A stretch of DNA of 32,000 nt from Streptococcus pneumoniae (GCA_001113365.1 CKYA01000002.1); one strand, 5' to 3'; shown: positions 9,230 to 16,889, numbered from the stretch's first letter. Notes: generated from the letters alone by a model not told the origin. Numbers and translations: made by a program.

Positions 9230-10695
9230 TAGTTGTCACCTCCAAAAATCACGGGTTGTTGTTTGTGGTAGTCTGTTGTTGCTTCAAAAGCAGCAGCAGC
9301 TTGGTAAATGGTTTCCTCTGAGTATTTAGGACCAATCAATTGCAGACCGACTGGTAGACCTTGAGAGAAACCAGCAGGAATCGAAATTCCTGGTAGACCA
9401 GCTAAGTTGACTGGGATGGTCAAGAGGTCAGCCAAGTACATGGCAACTGGGTCGTGGTTGAGTGAATCCAAGTCATAGGCAACACTTGGAGCAGTTGGTC
9501 CCAAAATCAAGTCATAATCCGCGAAGACTTTTTCGAAATCTTGGATGATGAGGGTACGGACCTGACCAGCTTTCTTGTAGTAGGCATCGTAGTAACCTGA
9601 TGAAAGGCTGAAAGTACCTAGCATGATACGACGTTTCACTTCTTCACCGAAACCTTGGCTACGGCTGTTTACATAGATTTCATCAAGATTAGTCGCATCC
9701 TCTGCGCGGTAGCCGTAACGGATACCGTCAAAACGTTGCAAGTTTGATGAAGCTTCTGATGAAGCGATGATGTAGTAAACGGCAACACCGTATTTAGAGT
9801 GAGGCAGGCTGACTTCTTCGACGATAGCACCAAGTTTCTCAAAGTGTTTAGCTGCGTTGATGATAGTTTCTTTAACCTCTGGGTCAATACCTTCACCGAG
9901 ATATTCCTTAGGCAAAGCAATTTTCATACCCTTGATGTCTTGACCGATTTTTGAGGTAAAGTCGGCAATGCGGACAGGAGCAGAAGTGGAGTCTTTGGCA
10001 TCTTCGCTAGCAATAGCGTTGAGCAAGAGGGCATTTTCCTTAACAGTAGGAGCAAAAGGTCCAATCTGGTCTAATGAGCTACCAAAGGCAATGAGACCGA
10101 AACGTGAAACTGTTCCGTAGGTTGGTTTGAGACCAACGATTCCGTTGAAGGCAGCAGGTTGGCGGATGGAACCACCAGTATCAGAACCAAGTGACAAGCG
10201 GACTTGTCCAGAAGCTACAGCTGCGGCAGAACCACTTGATGACCCACCAGGAACCTTGCTGTGGTCCCAAGCATTTTTAGTGGCACCATAGTGTGAAGTC
10301 TCACCTGACCCCCCCATGGCAAATTCGTCCATGTTGGTTTTCCCAACGACAATCATACCTTTAGATTTTGCATTGGAAACGGCTGTCGCATCAAAGATTG
10401 GCTCATAGTTGTAGAGCATTTTTGAGGCAGCAGTTGTGAGAATACCGTCTGTAGAGATATTATCCTTAACAGCAAGTGGAATTCCTGAAAGGACATTATT
10501 CGCGTCAATTCCAGCTTCATCAATAGCTTTGGCTTGAGCAAGAGCTTGTTCCTCAGCGATGGTGACAAAAGCGTTGATAGCTGTTTCGCGAGACTTGATA
10601 TCTTCAAGCGTTGCTTGTGTCAATTCAGTTGCTGAAATTTCCTTAGAGACAAGGAGATTATGCAAGTCTTCAATGGTTTTATTGTTGAAAGTCAT
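9229..10695 (-). CDS. gatA: Asp/Glu-tRNA amidotransferase subunit A
   Basis: 488 aa with the amidase signature [12 protein letters not shown] and [10 protein letters not shown]. Confidence 0.95.
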
Positions 10696-10997
10696 TAGGC
10701 ATCTCCTCCATCGTCTAGGATAGCTGGTACCTTGATATAGTAGTTGTCTTTTTCAGGTACGTTTTTAAACAAGCGATCGCGGTCTGTTCCTTCTTCGGCC
10801 ATATCAGGGCGGAGTACGGTCTTACGGTCAGCCATAGTTGTAGTAGGTGCGACACCAGTTGTGTCAACTTCGCCCAGCAATTCAACCATGTCAACAATCT
10901 TAGACAAGGTAGTCGCAAAGGCAGCAGTTTCTTCTTCAGAGAATCTTAATTTTGAAAGATTGGCAACGTGTGTTACCTCTTCTTGCGTAATTTTCAT
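10695..10997 (-). CDS. gatC: Asp/Glu-tRNA amidotransferase subunit C
   Basis: 100 aa ([23 protein letters not shown]...), typical GatC. Its stop overlaps the gatA start (TAATG). Confidence 0.92.
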   Translation of the reverse strand: MKITQEEVTHVANLSKLRFSEEETAAFATTLSKIVDMVELLGEVDTTGVAPTTTMADRKTVLRPDMAEEGTDRDRLFKNVPEKDNYYIKVPAILDDGGDA

Positions 10998-11037
10998 CTT
11001 GCATCCTTTCGTGAAATGATGATTTTTAGTCTGTTCT

Positions 11038-11048
11038 ATTTTACCATA
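11038..11048 (-). promoter_or_regulatory. extended -10 promoter of gatCAB
   Basis: The minus strand reads TATGGTAAAAT, about 40 nt upstream of the gatC ATG. Confidence 0.55.
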
Positions 11049-11155
11049 TTTTCCTATAAATAAGGGAGGGAAAGATGAAAAAAGACAGGTATAGGATGGA
11101 GAACGGATTTTGATGATGATTTATTTGAAAAGCGGATTTCAAAGGGGAAAATATA

Positions 11156-11164
11156 TGGTACAAT
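11156..11164 (+). promoter_or_regulatory. extended -10 promoter of the small toxin-like ORF
   Basis: TGGTACAAT (TGnTACAAT), about 100 nt upstream of the TTG start at 11264. Confidence 0.55.
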
Positions 11165-11263
11165 AGTTTAACAGAGAAGTGAAGACGGTGGTTACGAAAT
11201 CGAAAGGATGGTGATGCTTATGTGCAGAACCTGTAAAATCTTAGTAGAAAGGAGTAACCAGAT

Positions 11264-11365
11264 TTGTCACCCTTTGAGGCTTTGACGCTCATGTTTGTAG
11301 TTGGTAACTTTGTTATCACGCTCCTGAAGTTCATCCTTGAATTGGTAAAAGAGACAAAAAAATAG
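11264..11365 (+). CDS. 33-aa hydrophobic peptide, putative holin-like type I toxin (Hol-Tox-like)
   Basis: This ORF is not in the >=60-aa track. SD AAAGGAG (11248-11254) lies 9 nt before the TTG. The product is (M)SPFEALTLMFVVGNFVITLLKFILELVKETKK. It has one TM-length hydrophobic core and a Lys-rich C-terminus, resembling my recollection of the putative holin-like toxin family of Firmicutes (MSxxEALxLMxxFG...KK). Confidence 0.6.
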   Translation: MSPFEALTLMFVVGNFVITLLKFILELVKETKK

Positions 11366-11401
11366 CCGTCCTAACTTTGGCGAGTTAACGAGCTATTTTT
11401 T
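11356..11401. terminator. imperfect hairpin flanked by A7 and T6, a bidirectional terminator directly after the toxin stop codon
   Basis: The sequence is AAAAAAATAGCCGTCCTAAC-TTTGGCGA-GTTAACGAGCTATTTTTT. The outer stem is TAGC/GCTA, the inner stem TAAC/GTTA, with an internal loop. A T-run follows on both strands (6 T on +, 7 T on -). Confidence 0.5.
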
Positions 11402-11441
11402 AGTTATGTAATTACAGCCACCGTCTTAAACGGCTCTGTAG

Positions 11442-11466
11442 GGTGTTGTTGACGCAACACCTTTTT
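11442..11466 (+). terminator. distal rho-independent terminator of the toxin mRNA
   Basis: GGTGTTG-(T)TGAC(G)-CAACACC followed by TTTTT. Confidence 0.65.
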
Positions 11467-11474
11467 CTATATTC

Positions 11475-11502
11475 ATTGTAACATTTATTTTAAAAATTGC
11501 AA
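11475..11502 (-). promoter_or_regulatory. near-consensus minus-strand promoter (candidate antitoxin sRNA promoter)
   Basis: The minus strand reads TTGCAA (11502-11497), a 16-nt spacer ending in TG, then TACAAT (11480-11475). No protein gene lies downstream on that strand before the toxin ORF. Confidence 0.6.
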
Positions 11503-11545
11503 GGGGAATTGTTCTACTTTAGCAGTATCTGATATAAAATAGAAA

Positions 11546-11574
11546 TTGAAAAAAATGCTAAAATCCGATATAAT
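11546..11574 (+). promoter_or_regulatory. consensus sigma-A promoter of prfC
   Basis: TTGAAA (11546-11551), a 17-nt spacer, then TATAAT (11569-11574). A second extended -10 (TGGTACAAT, 11591-11599) follows. Confidence 0.75.
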
Positions 11575-11663
11575 GGAGTGTTGAAAGGAATGGTACAATC
11601 CAATGTAAAAATCATTCTGAACTATTGAAACAAGAAAAATAGAGAATCAAAGAAAGAGAACTT

Positions 11664-13208
11664 ATGAATATTCAAGAAGAAATTAAGAAACGTCGTACCT
11701 TTGCCATCATCTCCCACCCGGACGCGGGGAAAACAACCATCACTGAGCAATTGCTCTACTTTGGGGGCGAGATTCGTGAGGCTGGTACCGTAAAAGGAAA
11801 GAAAACAGGGACTTTTGCCAAGTCTGACTGGATGGATATCGAGAAACAACGTGGGATTTCGGTTACTTCATCTGTGATGCAGTTTGACTACGATGGTAAG
11901 CGCGTCAACATCCTCGACACTCCAGGGCACGAGGACTTTTCAGAAGATACCTATCGGACCTTGATGGCGGTGGATGCTGCGGTCATGGTCGTGGACTCTG
12001 CCAAGGGTATCGAGGCGCAGACAAAGAAATTGTTTGAGGTTGTGAAACATCGTGGCATTCCAGTCTTTACCTTTATGAACAAGCTGGATCGTGACGGTCG
12101 TGAGCCACTGGACCTCTTGCAAGAATTGGAAGAAGTCTTGGGCATTGCGAGCTATCCGATGAACTGGCCAATTGGGATGGGGAAAGCCTTTGAAGGTTTG
12201 TATGACCTCTATAACCAACGCTTGGAGCTCTACAAAGGGGATGAGCGTTTTGCCAGTCTAGAAGATGGGGACAAGCTTTTTGGAACCAATCCTTTCTACG
12301 AGCAAGTCAAAGATGATATTGAACTTTTGAATGAAGCTGGGAATGAGTTTTCAGAGGAAGCTATTCTGGCTGGAGAATTGACACCTGTCTTTTTCGGTTC
12401 AGCTTTGACGAACTTTGGTGTGCAGACCTTCCTTGAAACCTTCCTCAAGTTTGCTCCAGAACCACATGGGCACAAGAAAACAGATGGAGAAATTGTGGAT
12501 CCTTACGACAAGGATTTCTCAGGCTTTGTCTTTAAAATCCAAGCCAACATGGATCCTCGTCACCGCGACCGGATCGCCTTTGTCCGTATCGTATCAGGCG
12601 AATTTGAGCGTGGGATGAGTGTCAACCTGCCTCGTACTGGTAAGGGGGCTAAACTGTCTAATGTTACTCAGTTTATGGCGGAAAGTCGTGAGAATGTGAC
12701 CAATGCTGTGGCAGGAGATATCATTGGTGTTTACGATACAGGTACTTATCAAGTTGGAGATACCTTGACAGTTGGCAAAAACAAGTTTGAGTTTGAACCG
12801 CTGCCAACCTTTACGCCTGAGATTTTCATGAAAGTTTCTGCTAAGAACGTCATGAAGCAAAAATCCTTCCACAAGGGGATTGAGCAATTGGTGCAAGAGG
12901 GGGCTATTCAGCTTTATAAGAATTACCAAACAGGCGAGTACATGCTGGGAGCTGTTGGTCAGCTCCAGTTTGAAGTCTTTAAACACCGTATGGAAGGCGA
13001 GTATAACGCAGAAGTTGTCATGAGCCCGATGGGTAAAAAGACCGTTCGTTGGATCAAGCCAGAAGACTTGGATGAACGGATGTCATCAAGTCGCAATATC
13101 TTGGCCAAAGACCGCTTTGACCAACCAGTCTTTCTCTTTGAAAATGACTTTGCCCTCCGCTGGTTTGCGGACAAGTATCCAGATGTAGAGTTAGAGGAGA
13201 AAATGTAA
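11664..13208 (+). CDS. prfC: peptide chain release factor 3 (GTPase)
   Basis: 514 aa with GTPase motifs [18 protein letters not shown] and NKLD. Confidence 0.95.
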   Translation: MNIQEEIKKRRTFAIISHPDAGKTTITEQLLYFGGEIREAGTVKGKKTGTFAKSDWMDIEKQRGISVTSSVMQFDYDGKRVNILDTPGHEDFSEDTYRTLMAVDAAVMVVDSAKGIEAQTKKLFEVVKHRGIPVFTFMNKLDRDGREPLDLLQELEEVLGIASYPMNWPIGMGKAFEGLYDLYNQRLELYKGDERFASLEDGDKLFGTNPFYEQVKDDIELLNEAGNEFSEEAILAGELTPVFFGSALTNFGVQTFLETFLKFAPEPHGHKKTDGEIVDPYDKDFSGFVFKIQANMDPRHRDRIAFVRIVSGEFERGMSVNLPRTGKGAKLSNVTQFMAESRENVTNAVAGDIIGVYDTGTYQVGDTLTVGKNKFEFEPLPTFTPEIFMKVSAKNVMKQKSFHKGIEQLVQEGAIQLYKNYQTGEYMLGAVGQLQFEVFKHRMEGEYNAEVVMSPMGKKTVRWIKPEDLDERMSSSRNILAKDRFDQPVFLFENDFALRWFADKYPDVELEEKM

Positions 13209-13215
13209 ATCGTTA

Positions 13216-13249
13216 CAAATGACTAGCAACATAAAGTTGCTGTCATTTG
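13216..13249 (+). other. long hairpin immediately after the prfC stop
   Basis: CAAATGAC-T-AGCAAC ATAAA GTTGCT-GTCATTTG forms a 14-bp stem with one bulge. No T-run follows. Confidence 0.6.
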
Positions 13250-13295
13250 ACGGTAACCGCTATGGCGGTTTACCTAAACGCTTCACTAGGAAAAA

Positions 13296-13325
13296 TCCAC
13301 GAATATTATCGATTCGTGGACTTTT
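13296..13325 (+). terminator. probable prfC terminator
   Basis: Perfect 9-bp stem TCCACGAAT / ATTCGTGGA, loop ATTATCG, then CTTTT. Confidence 0.65.
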
Positions 13326-13536
13326 CCGTCGTAGATAGATAGAAAAGGGTAACTGCCTTACTAACTACGTTTGGCAAATGAAATCGATTTGCAAAACTCC
13401 GTGTCGTAATGTGAAAATCGTAAACCGTAATGGGACTTCAATTAAAATCTCCACTGCTATGGTTTTACGAACGAATAGGCGAAAATAATGGTTACGTAGA
13501 AACATATGATGGGAATAAAAAGAAATGAGATAAAAA

Positions 13537-13945
13537 GTGAAAGAAGAGAAAAAAGCGATTGTCTTAGGTGCAGATAATGCTTATATGGATAAAGTTGAAA
13601 CAACAATAAAATCCTTGTGTGTTCATTATGATAATCGGAAGTTTTATATTTTTAATGATGATCTTCCGATTGACAGTAGTATTCTGAAAGATTATCGTTT
13701 GCCCTTTGAGGGACTTTCTTACGCTACCTTCTTTAGGTATTTTATTCCAAAGTATGTAAGTGAGGTTCGTGTACTGTATTTAGACTCGGATATTATCGTA
13801 AGAAAACAGATAGATGAGCTGTGGGACTTGGACTTGACAGGCATCTCCTTAGTAGCAGTTAGAGATGATTTTTATACACATATTTTCAATGCTGTTTTTT
13901 GTTAATCAACAATGATATGTGAAGAGCAGAAAATGTCACGTAAAA
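13537..13945 (+). pseudogene. glycosyltransferase family 8 (LgtC/GspA-like) remnant
   Basis: The 122-aa ORF carries GT8 hallmarks (VLGADNAYMDKV..., YATFFRYFIP, VLYLDSDIIV, DELWDLDL, AVRDD, FNA). The expected FNAGVLLIN...W-R-x-E-N-(I/V)-T continues only after a frame change at the T6 run (about 13891-13896). A TGA then sits where the conserved Trp is expected (ATG TGA AGA GCA GAA AAT GTC ACG). About half the protein is missing and the start is a weak GTG. Confidence 0.7.
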
Positions 13946-13948
13946 TCT

Positions 13949-13981
13949 GATTTAAGACACAAATAAAAAAGCTTCCAATTC
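13949..13981. repeat. direct repeat copy 1 flanking the IS fragment
   Basis: GATTTAAGACA...CAAATAAAAAAGCTTCCAATTC resembles 14200-14257 (GATTTACTAAAGACA...CAATAAATAAAAAAATCTTCCAATTC). Confidence 0.55.
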
Positions 13982-14164
13982 TCTGTTTCCGTGTCTGAAG
14001 GCTTCTTTTCCTTTCTGTTGATAAGCTAGTAGCAGACGATTGATTTGTCTTTCAGAAAGATTCAGTTCGACACAGGCTCGATTCTTTGTTTTCTTTCCTT
14101 GGGCTATAGCTTTTATCACAAGATATTTTTTCGTTTCATTCATATTTAGTTGGATCCTTTTCAT
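13952..14164 (-). mobile_element. truncated IS transposase N-terminus (HTH part; ISNCY/IS1202-like by recollection)
   Basis: The 70-aa ORF reads MKRIQLNMNETKKYLVIKAIAQGKKTKNRACVELNLSERQINRLLLAYQQKGKEAFRHGNR, the typical N-terminal HTH of integrase-type IS transposases. The frame then runs into unrelated sequence (ELEAFLFVS*). The catalytic domain is absent. Confidence 0.6.
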
Positions 14165-14199
14165 ATGACTATTCTACCAAATGGGACATTTTCACGTTC

Positions 14200-14257
14200 G
14201 ATTTACTAAAGACATTATCACATTCGAATCACAATAAATAAAAAAATCTTCCAATTC
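14200..14257. repeat. direct repeat copy 2 (probable IS end / 5' leader) abutting the rpmB promoter
   Basis: See copy 1. This copy lies directly upstream (minus sense) of the truncated transposase ATG at 14164. Confidence 0.55.
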
Positions 14258-14259
14258 CC

Positions 14260-14288
14260 TTGCAAAAATGAAGAAAGTGTGATAACAT
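14260..14288 (+). promoter_or_regulatory. rpmB promoter
   Basis: TTGCAA (14260-14265), a 17-nt spacer ending in TGA, then TAACAT (14283-14288), which gives an extended -10. Confidence 0.6.
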
Positions 14289-14346
14289 AGTACGGTATGT
14301 GGTGCTAGCACATCCGCTATATTAGATCTAATAGGAGGAAAACACA

Positions 14347-14535
14347 ATGGCTAAAGTATGTTACTTTACAGGTCGTAAGACTGTATCAGGAAACAACCGT
14401 TCACACGCGATGAACCAAACAAAACGTGCCGTAAAACCAAACCTTCAAAAAGTTACTGTTCTTATCGATGGTAAACCTAAAAAAGTTTGGGCTTCAGCTC
14501 GTGCTTTGAAATCAGGTAAAGTTGAACGCGTTTAA
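14347..14535 (+). CDS. rpmB: 50S ribosomal protein L28
   Basis: 62 aa ([36 protein letters not shown]...). SD AGGAGG lies upstream. Confidence 0.96.
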   Translation: MAKVCYFTGRKTVSGNNRSHAMNQTKRAVKPNLQKVTVLIDGKPKKVWASARALKSGKVERV

Positions 14536-14548
14536 TATATAAAAGTAA

Positions 14549-14570
14549 GGAGACCTTAGGGTCTTTTTTC
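14549..14570 (+). terminator. rpmB terminator
   Basis: (GG)AGACC-TTAG-GGTCT(TT) followed by a T-run. Confidence 0.75.
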
Positions 14571-14634
14571 TTTTACTGTAGGTATAAAATCATTTGAAAA
14601 ATAGAGTAAATATCCGCTGATACAGTATTCTGCT

Positions 14635-14663
14635 TTTACACTTGGGCTGAAATATGATAAAAT
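14635..14663 (+). promoter_or_regulatory. promoter of the asp23-DAK2 operon
   Basis: TTTACA (14635-14640), a 17-nt spacer ending in TGA, then TAAAAT (14658-14663). Confidence 0.7.
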
Positions 14664-14691
14664 AGAGTATCAACTAGTTGAGGTAAAAAGG

Positions 14692-15057
14692 ATGACTGTA
14701 AAAATTAATACAAAAGATGGTCAAATCGAACTAACAGATGAAGTGATTGCAACCGTCGTAGGTGGAGCAGCAACTGAAATTTTTGGTGTGGTCGGTATGG
14801 CTAGTAAAAATGCCCTCAAAGATAATTTTCAAGCCCTTCTAGGTAAGGAAAATTATTCTAAAGGTGTCGTCGTAAAGGCAGCCGAAGATGGCAGCATTGC
14901 AGTTGATGTGTATACCGTGTTGAGCTACGGAACAAAGATTAGTGAAGTGTCAAAAAACATTCAAGAGCGTGTTGCCTTTAGCTTGGAAAACCAGCTTGGA
15001 ATCACTGCTCAGACTGTAAATGTCTACATTCAAAATATCAAAGTTGTAGGAGAATAA
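14692..15057 (+). CDS. Asp23/Gls24-family protein (YloU-like)
   Basis: 121 aa (GQIELTDEVIATVVGGAATEIFGVVGM...). It is paired with the DAK2 protein downstream, as in the conserved yloU-yloV arrangement. Confidence 0.85.
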   Translation: MTVKINTKDGQIELTDEVIATVVGGAATEIFGVVGMASKNALKDNFQALLGKENYSKGVVVKAAEDGSIAVDVYTVLSYGTKISEVSKNIQERVAFSLENQLGITAQTVNVYIQNIKVVGE

Positions 15058-15059
15058 CC

Positions 15060-16727
15060 GTGTCAAAAATTACTACTAGCTTATTTCAAGAAATGGTGCA
15101 GGCTGCATCAACTCGCTTGAATAAGCAAGCTGAATATGTCAATTCATTAAACGTCTTCCCCGTTCCAGATGGAGATACTGGAACAAACATGGGAATGACC
15201 ATTGAAAATGGTGCTAAAGAAGTTGCAGACAAGCCAGCTTCTACAGTTGGCGAGGTAGCGAGCATTCTTGCTAAAGGGCTTTTGATGGGTGCGCGAGGGA
15301 ACTCAGGAGTTATTACGTCTCAGCTTTTCCGTGGATTTTCACAAGCTATCAAGGATAAAGACGAGTTAACAGGTCAAGACTTGGCCCTTGCTTTCCAATC
15401 AGGTGTGGAAGTTGCCTACAAGGCAGTTATGAAACCAGTTGAAGGAACGATTTTGACAGTTTCTCGTGGGGCTGCTATCGGTGCTAAGAAAAAAGCTGAG
15501 CAAACAGATGACGCTGTTGAAGTCATGCGCGCAGCCTTGGAAGGTGCTAAAACAGCTCTAGCTAAAACGCCAGACATGCTTCCAGTCTTGAAGGAAGTTG
15601 GCGTTGTGGACTCAGGTGGTCAAGGATTGGTCTTTATCTACGAAGGTTTCCTTTCTGCCCTTACTGGTGAATATATTGCATCTGAGGACTTTGTAGCGAC
15701 TCCTGCCAATATGAGTGAAATGATCAATGCAGAGCACCACAAGTCTGTGGCTGGTCATGTGGCGACTGAGGACATCAACTTTGGTTACTGTACTGAAATC
15801 ATGGTAGCTCTTAAGCAAGGTCCAACCTATGCCAAAGATTTTGACTACGATGAATTCCGTAACTACTTGAATGAACTTGGAGATTCTCTCCTCGTTGTCA
15901 ATGATGATGAAATCGTCAAAGTCCATGTCCATACAGAAGATCCAGGACTTGTCATGCAAGAAGGTCTCAAATATGGTAGCTTGGTCAAGGTAAAAGTTGA
16001 CAATATGCGTAATCAACACGAAGCACAGGTTGAGAAAGAAGCTACTCAAGTTATCAAGTCGGCTGAAGAAAAAGAGTATGCTTTGATTGCTGTGGTGGCT
16101 GGTAAAGGTCTAGCAGATATCTTCTGTTCTCAAGGCGTGGATTATGTTATCGAAGGCGGTCAAACCATGAACCCTTCAACAGAAGACTTTATCAAGGCTG
16201 TTGAACAGGTCAATGCCCGTAACATCATCTTCTTGCCAAACAACAAGAACATCTTCATGGCAGCTCAATCTGCGGCAGAAGTTTTGGAGCAACCAGCAGT
16301 AGTGGTAGAGGCTCGCACTCTTCCTCAAGGTATGACAAGTCTTCTTGCCTTTGATCCAAGCAAGTCCATTGAAGAAAACCAAGAGCGTATGACAGCTGCT
16401 CTTAGCGATGTTGTTAGCGGAAGCGTCACAACAGCCGTGCGTGATACAACGATCGATGGCTTAGAAATCCATGAAAACGATAATCTTGGTATGGTGGATG
16501 GGAAAATCCTTGTGTCAAACCCTGATATGCACCAAACCTTGACAGAAACCTTGAAACATATGTTGGATGAAGATAGTGAAATCGTAACCTTCTATGTCGG
16601 TGAAGACGGAAGCGAAGAACTTGCCAATGAAATCGCTCAAGAAATCGTAGAAGAATTCGAAGACGTTGAAGTCGAGATTCACCAAGGTCAACAACCTGTT
16701 TACCCATACCTATTTAGTGTGGAATAA
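15060..16727 (+). CDS. DAK2 domain-containing protein (YloV-like)
   Basis: 555 aa with a GTG start 3 nt after the upstream stop. The DAK2 motif VFPVPDGDTGTNM is present, followed by a C-terminal DegV-like/uncharacterised domain. Confidence 0.88.
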   Translation: MSKITTSLFQEMVQAASTRLNKQAEYVNSLNVFPVPDGDTGTNMGMTIENGAKEVADKPASTVGEVASILAKGLLMGARGNSGVITSQLFRGFSQAIKDKDELTGQDLALAFQSGVEVAYKAVMKPVEGTILTVSRGAAIGAKKKAEQTDDAVEVMRAALEGAKTALAKTPDMLPVLKEVGVVDSGGQGLVFIYEGFLSALTGEYIASEDFVATPANMSEMINAEHHKSVAGHVATEDINFGYCTEIMVALKQGPTYAKDFDYDEFRNYLNELGDSLLVVNDDEIVKVHVHTEDPGLVMQEGLKYGSLVKVKVDNMRNQHEAQVEKEATQVIKSAEEKEYALIAVVAGKGLADIFCSQGVDYVIEGGQTMNPSTEDFIKAVEQVNARNIIFLPNNKNIFMAAQSAAEVLEQPAVVVEARTLPQGMTSLLAFDPSKSIEENQERMTAALSDVVSGSVTTAVRDTTIDGLEIHENDNLGMVDGKILVSNPDMHQTLTETLKHMLDEDSEIVTFYVGEDGSEELANEIAQEIVEEFEDVEVEIHQGQQPVYPYLFSVE

Positions 16728-16737
16728 GATTAATGAA

Positions 16738-16761
16738 GGACTGAGAAATCAGTTCTTTTTT
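16738..16761 (+). terminator. terminator of asp23-DAK2 operon
   Basis: GGACTGA-GAAA-TCAGTTC followed by TTTTTT. Confidence 0.75.
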
Positions 16762-16834
16762 CTTTTTTAGTAAATGAAATCGGTATCTTTTTAATAAAAA
16801 TAAAAATAACATTCATAAATAAACGTTAAAATAG

Positions 16835-16849
16835 AAAATTCAGAAAATT
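16835..16849 (+). promoter_or_regulatory. CodY-box-like operator upstream of ilvB
   Basis: AAAATTCAGAAAATT matches the consensus AATTTTCWGAAAATT at 13 of 15 positions. It lies 13 nt upstream of the ilvB -35. Confidence 0.6.
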
Positions 16850-16861
16850 TCTTCTTTTGTC

Positions 16862-16889
16862 TTGAAAATTTTTGAAAAAATGGTATGAT
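16862..16889 (+). promoter_or_regulatory. ilvB promoter
   Basis: TTGAAA (16862-16867), a 16-nt spacer ending in TGG, then TATGAT (16884-16889). Confidence 0.65.

Larger units (their letters stand above)
11356..11468 (-). ncRNA. predicted about 110-nt antisense RNA, convergent to and overlapping the 3' end of the toxin transcript
   Basis: It is bounded by the minus-strand promoter (TSS about 11467-11468) and the minus-strand hairpin plus T7 ending at about 11356. It contains no ORF with an SD. The prediction rests on signals only, with no expression data. Confidence 0.4.

Noticed and set aside
11075-11113. 12-codon [15 protein letters not shown] preceded by AAGGGAGGG
   Set aside because: The SD-like purine run lies at the -35 position of the divergent gatC promoter (no recognisable -35 hexamer there). 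No + strand promoter is visible upstream, and the peptide has no distinguishing features. It remains an unresolved low-probability micro-ORF.
11208-11285. 25-codon uORF (MVMLMCRTCKILVERSNQICHPLRL) in the toxin 5' UTR
   Set aside because: The ATG directly abuts the only purine-rich stretch, leaving no spacing for an SD. It overlaps the toxin SD and start in another frame, so it is more likely structural 5' UTR sequence.
13891-13896. T6 homopolymer in the GT8 gene as a phase-variation switch
   Set aside because: Restoring the frame still meets a TGA at the conserved Trp. The 3' half of the gene is missing and an internal deletion is apparent, so the gene cannot be switched back on.
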